A stretch of DNA of 64,000 nucleotides from Gammaproteobacteria bacterium (GTDB lineage Bacteria; Pseudomonadota; Gammaproteobacteria; JACCXJ01): positions 6,762 to 70,761 of the forward strand of contig JBOIDR010000001.1 of assembly GCA_050740695.1 (NCBI GenBank). The letters run 5' to 3'. The position numbers and the translations under genes are program-made. The notes under the pieces were generated by a model. It was not told the origin of the DNA. It did not search any database and worked only from the letters and a program-made list of their open reading frames with translations. Every line of letters starts with the position of its first letter. Position 1 is the first letter of the stretch. Of the stretch, positions 9,618-17,436 are shown piece after piece.

Positions 9618-10652
9618 CTACAGGCGGCTATCGATAAACCGCGACAGGACCCGACGGGTCTCGCGTAGTGCGTACTTCCTGACCCACTCGGAAGCGTCGA
9701 TCCGAACGTCGTCGCAGAGCGCCCGGGCCGCGAGATCGACCACGGAGCCTCGCTTGCCGGTGATGTTGCCGTAAACGTTCGGCCGCAGATCCGCCTGCGC
9801 GAAGCCCCGGTAGTCGCCGTTGACGACACAGGTGGTACCGCACGCCATCGCCTCGATCAGCGCCAGGCCGAAGCTCTCCTTCGGCGAGGCCAGGACGCAG
9901 AGCCGTGCCCGGTGGCAGAGCAGGGCGATCTCCCGCGCCGAGCGCCAATTGGAGCTGGCGAGCGGCTGCCCCGGATCGATGCTCGAGACGACGCTGACAC
10001 CGTCGATGAACGGCTCCACCTCGTGGAAATAGTCCGGATCGGCGATACCTCCCGCCAGATAGAGCGGGAGTCCGTACTCTTCGAAGATCCGCTCCCGATA
10101 GCCTTCGCAAAGCTCGAGCTGGTGCTTGTCCGGATGGATCCTCCCCACGCTGAGCACCAACTCCTCGCCGCCTCGATCGGGCCCGGCTCGATCGGGCCCG
10201 GCTCGATCGGGCCCCGCTCGATCGGGATAGAACACCTCATCGTCGTAGGAACCGCCGACGATGAGCAGGTGCGGGTGCGGATCGTCACTGCGGTGGGACA
10301 GGATGCCACGGAAGAGCCCTTGGGGCACATCGGGGTGAGGATAGGTATCGGTGAGACAGAAGGAGGCTCGGGAACGAGCGAGATGTAGCGTGAACTCGGT
10401 CTCTTTGAATCCGATGAAAAGGACGAAAGCGAAATCGTGGGCGAGGAGACCAGAAACTTCCAGGTCGCCGGCCACGGGTTGATTGCCGAAATAGAGCCCC
10501 AGAGGGGCCCAGTCACCCGGACGGGTGAGGAGAAGATAGACCCTATCGGCGGGGAACAGGCGCGTCGAATAGTCGCTCACCAGTCGGGCGCAGCCATTGG
10601 TAACGACGGGGTACGGGCTCGCCGCGGAAACCAGCAAGACCCGCCGGGTCAC
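9618..10652 (-). CDS. Glycosyltransferase (GT4-like) with an internal DRAGP tandem repeat
   Basis: 344 aa. The C-terminal half reads SPKESFGLALIEAMACGTTCVV (GT4 E-x7-E region). The N-terminal half is a divergent Rossmann-like fold. There is a 4-nt overlap with the upstream gene. Confidence 0.7.
   Translation of the reverse strand: MTRRVLLVSAASPYPVVTNGCARLVSDYSTRLFPADRVYLLLTRPGDWAPLGLYFGNQPVAGDLEVSGLLAHDFAFVLFIGFKETEFTLHLARSRASFCLTDTYPHPDVPQGLFRGILSHRSDDPHPHLLIVGGSYDDEVFYPDRAGPDRAGPDRAGPDRGGEELVLSVGRIHPDKHQLELCEGYRERIFEEYGLPLYLAGGIADPDYFHEVEPFIDGVSVVSSIDPGQPLASSNWRSAREIALLCHRARLCVLASPKESFGLALIEAMACGTTCVVNGDYRGFAQADLRPNVYGNITGKRGSVVDLAARALCDDVRIDASEWVRKYALRETRRVLSRFIDSRL
10172..10227. repeat. 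In-frame 15-bp tandem repeat, about 3.7 copies (ctcgatcgggcccgg), encoding (DRAGP)n in the minus-strand GT gene
   Basis: Directly visible: ...cctcgatcgggcccggctcgatcgggcccggctcgatcgggccccgctcgatcggg... The protein shows PDRAGPDRAGPDRAGPDRGG. Confidence 0.9.
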
Positions 10653-11647
10653 GATGCGGCTCTTCCGACGAACAGCATGCCGTCACCGACCGACCGGTAG
10701 ACGTGGCTGTCGAAGCGCACCGACTCGGCGACGGACCGGATCGCCGGCTTTTGGAACGAACTGATCCCGGGGCCGATGATGAGCGGCGAGATGTGGAGTT
10801 GCAAGACATCGATGTTGCTCTCGGCGAGGAAAGCCGAGGTGGTGGTGGCGCCACCCTCGATATACACAGAGAGGATGTCGCGGCGGTAGAGCTCGCGGAG
10901 GATGGCAGTGGTGGCGATGCGCCCGTTGTCGGTCGGCAGCGCGAGGCGTTCGACCTGCGGCGACGCTGGTACCTGGCCCTCGCCGATCAAGAGGATACGA
11001 CCCGGGCCCGCCCGCGCGAGGCAGTCGATGTCGATATCGACGCCGCCGCCGACGACGATCCGGATCGGGTCCGACCCTTCGGCGTGGCGCACCGTCAGCG
11101 CCGGATGGTCCGTGCGCAAGGTGCGGGCGCCTATCAGGATGCCGTCGCAGAGGGCACGCATTCGGTGGGCGTGAACCAGGTTCTCCGCGCAGCCGATCCA
11201 CCGGGAGTCGCCGAGATCCGTGGCGATCCTGCCATCGAGCGATTGGGCGAAGTGACTGACGGTGAACGAACGCCGCATCCGCCGGGCGTGAACGGGCGCC
11301 ATGCAATAGGGCAGGTAGATCTCGAGCAGCGCCGCGGCGGCCGATGGCAGGGTGCCGTCGGTCAGCCTGCGCAGCACGATCAGATCGTCGAGCCGGTAGC
11401 GGCTTTCGCCTGGGCCCGCCGGCGGGCCGTTCGAGGCGGACTCGCCATCGAGCAAGAGAGAGACCCGCCAGCCGTCGCCCGCCGGGGGAGTGAGCGAGTC
11501 CAGGCACACCGCCGGAGCCTCCCCGATGAGCAGCGAGCAGCCACGGATCGGCGCGCCGTGGCCGCGGACCGTTTCTGCCAGGAGGGTCAAGGCGCGCCAA
11601 CAGGCTGCTGCCGCGTGGGTCTCGACGATCCCTTCCCGTGTCGTCAC
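10649..11647 (-). CDS. RibD C-terminal-domain (DHFR-fold) pyrimidine reductase-like protein with an unassigned ~125-aa N-terminal domain and no deaminase domain
   Basis: The C-terminal ~200 aa read FAQSLDGRIAT..SRWI....N..HAHRMRALCDGILIGARTLRTDHPALTVR ... YIEGGATTTSAFL...IDVLQLHISPLIIG, the RibD_C pattern. No [HC]AE..PCxxC deaminase zinc motif is present anywhere. Confidence 0.72.
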   Translation of the reverse strand: MTTREGIVETHAAAACWRALTLLAETVRGHGAPIRGCSLLIGEAPAVCLDSLTPPAGDGWRVSLLLDGESASNGPPAGPGESRYRLDDLIVLRRLTDGTLPSAAAALLEIYLPYCMAPVHARRMRRSFTVSHFAQSLDGRIATDLGDSRWIGCAENLVHAHRMRALCDGILIGARTLRTDHPALTVRHAEGSDPIRIVVGGGVDIDIDCLARAGPGRILLIGEGQVPASPQVERLALPTDNGRIATTAILRELYRRDILSVYIEGGATTTSAFLAESNIDVLQLHISPLIIGPGISSFQKPAIRSVAESVRFDSHVYRSVGDGMLFVGRAAS

Positions 11648-12240
11648 TGCCCGAGGTCCTCGAGGAGATGCCCCAGACGCAAGCGCTTGACCGCCAGGTA
11701 CCCGCGGTTGTGGTCCGTCGGTGGCACCACCAGAGGCACTCTGGCGACCATGCGGATCGACGAGCGCTCGACCGCACGGACTTTCGCCGGGTTATTGGTG
11801 AGCAGTCGTAGCGCGTTGACGCCCAGATCCTCGAGCATGGCGATGGCGGCCGAGTACTCGCGCTGATCGGCCCCGAACCCGAGGTGCAGGTTTGCCTCAA
11901 CGGTATCGAGCCCACCATCCTGCAGGCTGTAGGCGCGGAGCTTGTTGAGCAGACCGATCCCCCGCCCCTCTTGCCGCAGATAGATGAGCACCCCCGATCC
12001 CTCGAGTCCGATGGCCTGCAACGCGACTTCCAACTGGATCCCGCAGTCGCAGCGCTGAGACGAGAAGACGTCACCCGTCAGGCACTCGGAATGGATGCGC
12101 ACCAGCGGGGCGTCGAGACCTTCCACCGCTCCTTTCACCAGAGCGAGATGGAGGTACTGCGATCCGCTGTCCGTATAAGCGCGCAGCAGGAACTCACCGA
12201 AGTCGGTCGGCAGCCGCGTATCCACCGCTCTCGTCAACAT
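11644..12240 (-). CDS. ribA: GTP cyclohydrolase II
   Basis: 198 aa with VRIHSECLTGDVFSSQRCDCGIQL (zinc site), RQEGRGIGLLNKLRAYSLQD and LLTNNPAK. Monofunctional: no RibB domain. Confidence 0.9.
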   Translation of the reverse strand: MLTRAVDTRLPTDFGEFLLRAYTDSGSQYLHLALVKGAVEGLDAPLVRIHSECLTGDVFSSQRCDCGIQLEVALQAIGLEGSGVLIYLRQEGRGIGLLNKLRAYSLQDGGLDTVEANLHLGFGADQREYSAAIAMLEDLGVNALRLLTNNPAKVRAVERSSIRMVARVPLVVPPTDHNRGYLAVKRLRLGHLLEDLGQ

Positions 12241-12690
12241 GCCGGGGTAAATGTTCTTGGGCCACCTAAAGGTGGCGATTCAGCGCCAGAGGTTCAGAGA
12301 TTCAAGTCGCTGGTCCTCTCGCTCCTGGTGACGGATATACTCTCGGATCATCCCCTTATCACGACCCACCGTGGAGACGAAGTATCCCGCGAACCTTCGG
12401 AACACCTTTCCTAAGTGGCGCCGCAACTCCTCATGCAGCGTCTGACGACGGCACTTCGGGATGAACACCACGTGATATTTACACTCTCACTTCGAGTGGC
12501 TTAGGCTTTCATGCTCATCCATCGGGATTCTCCACAGTCGAGTGCTTGGCGGCTCAGGCATGGAGTTTCCCCGATGGACCCCCCTAAATGTCGAACTGCT
12601 ACTGCCTCCCCGGCAGAGCCGGGGGTTTTCCCAGGATAATAAGCAGGAATAGGGCGGTCAGGAACAGCGAACGAAAGATGTGTCGAGAGA
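12241..12690 (-). mobile_element. Remnant of an IS200-type insertion sequence (ends approximate)
   Basis: Contains the decayed tnpA. The hairpin gccacctaaaggtggc lies at about 12261..12276. A stem tccatcggg/cccgatgga overlaps the tnpA start region. The hairpin ccccggc-aga-gccgggg at 12608..12624 resembles IS200 end structures. By eye this patch is less GC-rich than its flanks. Confidence 0.5.
12280..12522 (-). pseudogene. tnpA: IS200/IS605-family Y1 transposase TnpA, with an in-frame stop and an internal deletion
   Basis: Own translation from ATG 12522: MDEHESLSHSK*ECKYHVVFIPKCRRQTLHEELRRHLGKVFRRFAGYFVSTVGRDKGMIREYIRHQEREDQRLESLNLWR. The N-terminal (KYH.VF.PKYRR) and C-terminal (RGYFVSTVG.DE..IR.YI..QE) TnpA blocks are joined directly. 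The central HUH/Tyr-bearing part is missing, and TGA replaces the conserved Trp codon. Confidence 0.75.
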
Positions 12691-13041
12691 ATCGTGTCGC
12701 TTCCATGGGTCGCCTGGCTTGGCAATTATCATCACAGCCCAATTTTATCGATGTATCCGTATGCGAAAAGGTCATCCCCCGTTTCTACGTCGAGGTTTTC
12801 ACCTAGCATTTCGCCTTGAACCACGTTGCTTGCATCAGGTACCCGCGGTACATGGTGACATCGCATATCTGATGCGACGGTCCGTCACCCTCCAACGGTG
12901 CGGGATCTTGCACCGTGCAAGGGCAAGACGCTTCCCCGAGTCCCTTTCGCGACCCTACACGGTTTCCACGGCAGCGTCAACGATTCCTGTTATTGCATCG
13001 CCGCAAGGAAGGCCGGCTGCCGCCGACGGCGGCCAGTCAAG

Positions 13042-13557
13042 TCAACCGCCTCGCTCCTTCCGTTCCAGCGCCTCCAATCGTTCCGTCACCTCTGCCAGCG
13101 CCGCTTGGATCTCGACGAGCTTGCGATAGGCCTTCACGTTGACCTCGTAATCGAGCTCGGCGCGTTGGTCCTGGTAGGTGTTCTGGCGGTTCTGGCTGAT
13201 GAGGACAAAGCTGGTGATCAAGATCGCCTCGATGGCGAGGATGATCCCGAGGAGGCTGTAGGGATAGGCGTCGAAGACGACGCCGGCGACGATGGCTCCG
13301 GAGTTCAGGATCACCCAGGCGAGGAACCAGAGGACATGTACCGTGACGAAGTGCGGGCGGCCTGTGAAGGCCGTGACCTTATCGGCCAGACGTTCCAGGA
13401 AGGTGCTCTGCGCCGCCAGCTCTTCGATCACATAGCGAAACTCGCCGAGCGCCTTGTGGCATTCGCCGTTGCCGCAGAAGACCGCATCGGCGGGATTCTC
13501 GCCGTTGCAGTCGGGGCAGATGATGGGTGCCGGCGCAGCTTGCACGCCCATGTTCAT
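13042..13557 (-). CDS. DUF1003 membrane protein with an N-terminal zinc-ribbon
   Basis: 171 aa with CPDCNGEN....FCGNGECHK, two TM helices and SQNRQ......RAELDYEVN.KA, the DUF1003 signature. Confidence 0.72.
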   Translation of the reverse strand: MNMGVQAAPAPIICPDCNGENPADAVFCGNGECHKALGEFRYVIEELAAQSTFLERLADKVTAFTGRPHFVTVHVLWFLAWVILNSGAIVAGVVFDAYPYSLLGIILAIEAILITSFVLISQNRQNTYQDQRAELDYEVNVKAYRKLVEIQAALAEVTERLEALERKERGG

Positions 13558-14192
13558 TTCTCCGCGATGACCAATCGCATTTCAACCGGCGCATGCCCTG
13601 CGAGCACCGCTCGCAGGGCATCCACAAAACGTAGGTACAGCGACGTAGGCCTTCGGAGGCCTGCGGGGCGCAGTCCCGCAAACAGCGTTGTCCTCAAACC
13701 ATAGCTCAGCTCCAACTGCACGCCGCGACCCGAGACACAGCGGTTGCAGATGTTCGATGGCGAACGCCCCTGGCGGGTCGGGCTCGGGTCGTCGACTGCC
13801 AGGAATCCGGCACTGATCAGGGCCTCGGCGATGCGCTCGCGCAGCACGAAGTCGAGCCCGCCGAGATAAACCGCGGGCTGCCGGCCCTTCGCGCCATGGA
13901 TCGTGATCAAGGCCCGTACCCCGCGCACGAGCCGGAGTGCTTGCGGTTCGTCGAAACGATTGCTGCTCAGGTGCAGGACGTGATTACCGACGGATTTCAA
14001 TCCTTCGAAGGCGTAAAAACCGTGCTCCCGGCCTGCGATACCATCGGCCACCTCCGAGGTGCCGCGCTCGATGCCACCGCCGTGTGGCGCCACGATAGCG
14101 ACACCCGAGCCCCCCATCCGCCAGCGGATGCGGTAGTCGCGGCCTTCGCGCTCACGGCGGCTCAGCTGAGTGAAGTTGGTGTAGAGATCCAT
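13554..14192 (-). CDS. Poly-gamma-glutamate hydrolase family protein (DUF867/UPF0714, YjqB-like, phage-related)
   Basis: Start trimmed to ATG 14192 (MDLYTNFTQL...). Contains VAIVAPHGGGIERGTSEVADGIA, FEGLKSVGNHVLHLSSNRFDEP, LITIHG and VYLGGLD. There is a 4-nt overlap with the DUF1003 gene. Confidence 0.7.
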   Translation of the reverse strand: MDLYTNFTQLSRREREGRDYRIRWRMGGSGVAIVAPHGGGIERGTSEVADGIAGREHGFYAFEGLKSVGNHVLHLSSNRFDEPQALRLVRGVRALITIHGAKGRQPAVYLGGLDFVLRERIAEALISAGFLAVDDPSPTRQGRSPSNICNRCVSGRGVQLELSYGLRTTLFAGLRPAGLRRPTSLYLRFVDALRAVLAGHAPVEMRLVIAEK

Positions 14193-14230
14193 CGTGGGTG
14201 GAAAGAAAATACGACGCAGGGCGCACACCG

Positions 14231-14478
14231 GGTTGGCGGGTTACGGCGCAGACCGCGCGCCTAACCCACCCACATTTAATGACCTTGCTTTCGGCGACAC
14301 GCTACGCGGTCCTCCACACGGCCCAGAGATAGAGCTTGTAGGATGGGTAGAGCACAGCGAAACCCATCATCCGGCCGCGGCTGTGATGAGTTTCGGCTAT
14401 CGCCCTCTACCCATCCTACGTTTAATGACCTTGCTTTCGGCGACACGCTACCGGGTTTCCCACACGGCCCAGAGATAG
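14231..14478. repeat. Composite repeat: degenerate REP, then a 60-bp unit, then an 82-bp REP pair (15-bp perfect inverted ends), then the 60-bp unit again
   Basis: The 60-bp direct repeat lies at 14272..14331 and 14418..14478 (a[c/.]tttaatgaccttgctttcggcgacacgctac..gg...cc.cacggcccagagata). The second copy encodes the C-terminus of the Nramp gene. The inverted arms are gtaggatgggtagag (14338..14352) and ctctacccatcctac (14405..14419). Confidence 0.85.
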
Positions 14479-15878
14479 GCCAGCGCCAGCGCGAAGTAAG
14501 CCAGGAACGAGACGAGCAACAAGATCCCCGACCAGGACCCCGGCCTGGCCCAGACTGGCAACTCGGGGGCAAGCAGGCGGTGGTTCAAGAAATACAGGGC
14601 TACCGGAAAGATCACCGTGCCCCCGAAGCCGATGAGCGCGCTCGTCACGATCAAGGGTCCGGGGGCGTCGAGGAGCATGGTGAACGAAGTAATGACCGTC
14701 AAGAGCGCGAGGAAAAAGAAATACCAGTGGCGTGTTTCAATTCGCCGGGCGCGCGGGAACAGCACCTGGACGATGTCGGCTTGCATGCGGCTCACGGCAT
14801 CCGCGGTCGCGAGCCAGGTGTCCGTGAGGAACGCCGCCGCGACCACCAGGAACAGCACCCGTCCCACCTCGCCCCAGCCGGCCTCGAAGAAGCGGCTCTG
14901 CACCACCGCCAGCTCGTAATCCTCGGGCAGGAGGCCTTTGGGAAACAGGAGGGCATAGGCGAGCAGGCAGGTCATGAGGGTCGTGAGCAGGTTGCCGCCG
15001 ATCCCGATGAGGACATCCGAGCACAGGAACCGGCGCCACCGCCGCCAGCGCCGCGCCGTCTCGGGCTCCGCCTCCGGTAGATAGCCGTCGCTCGTCACGG
15101 GCTCGGGTCGGCCGAAAAGCGGCCCGGTGATGCGCCCGACGTGGGCGGCCATGCCGCTGCCCTTTTCGCGCAACCAATAGGAATAGAACAAGACCCAGAA
15201 TCCCCCGAGACCGGCGAAGGTGATCGCGGTCAAGAGCTTGGCGGCATCGGCCATCTCCCAGGGCCGCGGCAGCGGGCCCACCGGTCCCGCAAGACCGCGC
15301 GCGAATGCCGGGGCCGTCGCCGTCACCTCTGGTTCCAGGCAGGCCCACAGCAAGCCCGCGACCGTCACCACCGCGACCAGTTTCATTAAACTCTCGATCA
15401 AGACATAGACGACCTTGCTGAGCAAGATGGCGATCACGAATACGAAGATGGAGGCATACCCCCAGAAGAGCGTCTGGCCGCGCGCGCTCCATCCGTCCGG
15501 GAAGTGCGTCAAGGCCGCGAGCGCCGTACCCCCGGCCGACGCGAAGGCGCCGAACCATAAGAACGACAGGCTCATGAGCACCCACAAAAACACCCCGAGG
15601 CCGCGGTTCAAGCGGAGGAAGCCGTGGAAGATGCTCTCTCCGGTCAAGAGCGTGTAGCGCCCGATCTCGAAGTTCAAGGGGAACTGCAGGAGGCAGGCGG
15701 GGATGAGGAGGCACAGGAACGTGAGCCCATACTTGGCAATAATATAGGGCCACCAGATCAGCTCACCGCTGCCCTGGGCGAGCGCCATCCAAACGATACC
15801 CGGTCCGAGTGCCGCGATGAAACCGGGAAAGGGCGGCAGGGGCCGGCGCTCCAGACGGAACGCCCCGCCATCCGTCAT
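14448..15878 (-). CDS. Nramp-family divalent metal cation transporter-like membrane protein
   Basis: 476 aa with about 11 hydrophobic segments. The N-terminus GPGIVWMALAQGSGELIWWPY resembles the Nramp DPGN/GSG region. Confidence 0.75.
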   Translation of the reverse strand: MTDGGAFRLERRPLPPFPGFIAALGPGIVWMALAQGSGELIWWPYIIAKYGLTFLCLLIPACLLQFPLNFEIGRYTLLTGESIFHGFLRLNRGLGVFLWVLMSLSFLWFGAFASAGGTALAALTHFPDGWSARGQTLFWGYASIFVFVIAILLSKVVYVLIESLMKLVAVVTVAGLLWACLEPEVTATAPAFARGLAGPVGPLPRPWEMADAAKLLTAITFAGLGGFWVLFYSYWLREKGSGMAAHVGRITGPLFGRPEPVTSDGYLPEAEPETARRWRRWRRFLCSDVLIGIGGNLLTTLMTCLLAYALLFPKGLLPEDYELAVVQSRFFEAGWGEVGRVLFLVVAAAFLTDTWLATADAVSRMQADIVQVLFPRARRIETRHWYFFFLALLTVITSFTMLLDAPGPLIVTSALIGFGGTVIFPVALYFLNHRLLAPELPVWARPGSWSGILLLVSFLAYFALALAYLWAVWETR

Positions 15879-15908
15879 GGCCCTCCGCTCGTCATTGCCC
15901 TCCCTCCA

Positions 15909-16535
15909 TCATTTGCCGTCCGGCGGTGCCGAACGCCGCCAGGGTTCGAGCCTTTCGATCCCAGCGTACCAGCGGCGGATCTCGCCGTAGGGCTCGATGG
16001 GGTAGCCCGCGATCGTCGTGAGGCAGAGGGGCGCACCGACCGAATAGTCGGCCAAGGTCACCCCGTCTCCGCAGAGCCACGCGCGGCCCTCGAGACATCC
16101 GTTCAGGACCTTCGCGAAGCGATGGAAGCGCAGCTCGCCCTTCATGATCTCGGCGGGATCGGCATCGCCCTGCCCGATGGCCTTCTTGACCAGACGCTCG
16201 TAGATAAAGACCCCGCACGCGGCACCAAAATGGGCGAGCCCCCAAGACTGCCAACGGCTGATATCGGCCTGGGCCTTCGGGTCCGCGGGCCAAAGCCGAT
16301 TGCCGGGCCGCTTGGAGCAGAGATACTGCATGATTGCGTTCGACTCCCAGAGCACGAAGTCGCCATCGAGCAAGGTCGGGATCATATGATTGGGGTTGAG
16401 CGCCACGAACTCCGGCCGCATTTGCTCGCCCTGGAAGAGATCGACGGGCACGAGCTCGCAATCGAGATCGAGGTGGTGGATTACCGCGAGGGCCCGGCGG
16501 GAATTGGGAGAGGGCGGGAAGTGGTAGAGCTTCAT
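15909..16535 (-). CDS. Glutathione S-transferase family protein
   Basis: Start trimmed to ATG 16535 (MKLYHFPPSPNSRRA...), behind a GGAGG. It has an N-terminal thioredoxin-like fold (IPTLLDGDFVLWESNAIMQYL) and a C-terminal helical domain. Confidence 0.85.
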   Translation of the reverse strand: MKLYHFPPSPNSRRALAVIHHLDLDCELVPVDLFQGEQMRPEFVALNPNHMIPTLLDGDFVLWESNAIMQYLCSKRPGNRLWPADPKAQADISRWQSWGLAHFGAACGVFIYERLVKKAIGQGDADPAEIMKGELRFHRFAKVLNGCLEGRAWLCGDGVTLADYSVGAPLCLTTIAGYPIEPYGEIRRWYAGIERLEPWRRSAPPDGK

Positions 16536-16611
16536 CGAGACCTCCTTCGTAGGGTAGACCGCGGGATCGGGCCGCATAGATTAGGATTCAAAGGGCCATG
16601 TCCTTCAGGAT

Positions 16612-16768
16612 CGTAGCCTGGGTGAAGCGCAGCGCAACCCAGGGATCGACGATCTGTCGGGCAAAGCCGCGCAGGCAGAGGGGCTTGGGATCGCCGCCGG
16701 TGCAGGGACCCCGCCACGGTAGCTTTGGGGGGCGTTTCCCGGATTTCGCTTCGCTGCATCCTGGCTAC
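16612..16768. repeat. REP-like inverted pair (gtagcctgggtgaagcgcagcgcaacccagg ... ggatttcgcttcgctgcatcctggctac)
   Basis: Two inverted ~30-bp units of the GTAG..TGGGT...AACCCA family in the GST-vapC spacer. Confidence 0.7.
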
Positions 16769-16774
16769 ACCGGC

Positions 16775-17185
16775 TCAATCCACCCAATCTTCCACCCGCA
16801 AGCCTTGGATCCGCTGAAACTCCCGCAAGTTGTGGGTGACGAGCGTGGCGTTTTCGGATAGCGCGTGGCAGGCGATCCACAGGTCGTTGGCGCCGATGGG
16901 GGTGCCCACCTCCTTGAGGCGTACGAATTGAACCGCGTAGTGTTCGCAGAGCGCGCGGCGCGTGTCGTAGAGCACGGGGATTTCTCGGGTCAGGCGGTCG
17001 AGCCGGCGCAGCACCTGCGCTCTGCGCGCGCTGCGCTCGGCGCCTTTGAGCAATTCGGCAAAGGTGAAGAAGGACATGCACAGCACTGCATCGTTCGCCA
17101 GCGCATTGATGCGCTTCGCCACCGACGGCGGTTTGTTCTTGATGAGGTAGATGAGGGTGTTGGTGTCCAGCATGTAGCTGGTCAC
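16775..17185 (-). CDS. vapC: PIN-domain ribonuclease toxin VapC
   Basis: 136 aa with MLDTNTLIYLIKNKP, FAEL and THNLREF. There is a 4-nt overlap with vapB. Confidence 0.9.
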   Translation of the reverse strand: MTSYMLDTNTLIYLIKNKPPSVAKRINALANDAVLCMSFFTFAELLKGAERSARRAQVLRRLDRLTREIPVLYDTRRALCEHYAVQFVRLKEVGTPIGANDLWIACHALSENATLVTHNLREFQRIQGLRVEDWVD

Positions 17186-17436
17186 AGGTCCTCCCGCTCC
17201 TGCAAGGCGGGCTGGCTCGCGCAGTCCTCCTCCAGCAGCGCGGTGAAGTCGTCGTCGAAGGCTGAAAGCGCTTGCAGCAGTGCCGCGCCCCGATCGGTCA
17301 GCAAGGGGTGAATAATGAGATCGCCCTGCTCGTTCCGGGTGATGGCGACACGGCTGGCGTCAAGGTGGAACTCCTGCGGAATCCGCACCGCTTGGCTATT
17401 GCCGTTCTGGAAGGTGCGGCTGATCAATGTCGTCAT
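17182..17436 (-). CDS. vapB: AbrB/SpoVT-type antitoxin VapB
   Basis: Start trimmed to ATG 17436 (MTTLISRTFQNGNSQAVRIPQEF...). Confidence 0.85.
   Translation of the reverse strand: MTTLISRTFQNGNSQAVRIPQEFHLDASRVAITRNEQGDLIIHPLLTDRGAALLQALSAFDDDFTALLEEDCASQPALQEREDL

Noticed and set aside
12241-12280. FMN riboswitch upstream of the ribA-led operon
   Set aside because: Only about 40 nt separate ribA from the tnpA remnant. Nothing resembling the conserved FMN (RFN) element core was seen in or beyond it.
12727-12860. Minus-strand fragment ..GEMLGENLDVETGDDLFAYGYIDKIGL*, resembling the helix-2 region of an acyl/peptidyl carrier protein
   Set aside because: It is under 50 codons. The phosphopantetheine Ser position is Lys (DK instead of DS). 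There is an in-frame stop just upstream and no start or RBS. At best it is a decayed fragment.
14272-14478. Possible CRISPR array, suggested by the repeated 60-bp units
   Set aside because: There are only two copies. The repeat overlaps the coding end of a gene. The intervening DNA is a REP palindrome rather than a spacer. No cas genes are in the window.
15935-15960. tRNA-like T-arm sequence (gggttcgagcc)
   Set aside because: It lies inside the GST coding region. No acceptor or anticodon stem can be built around it. No tRNA, rRNA, tmRNA or SRP RNA signature was recognised elsewhere in the window.
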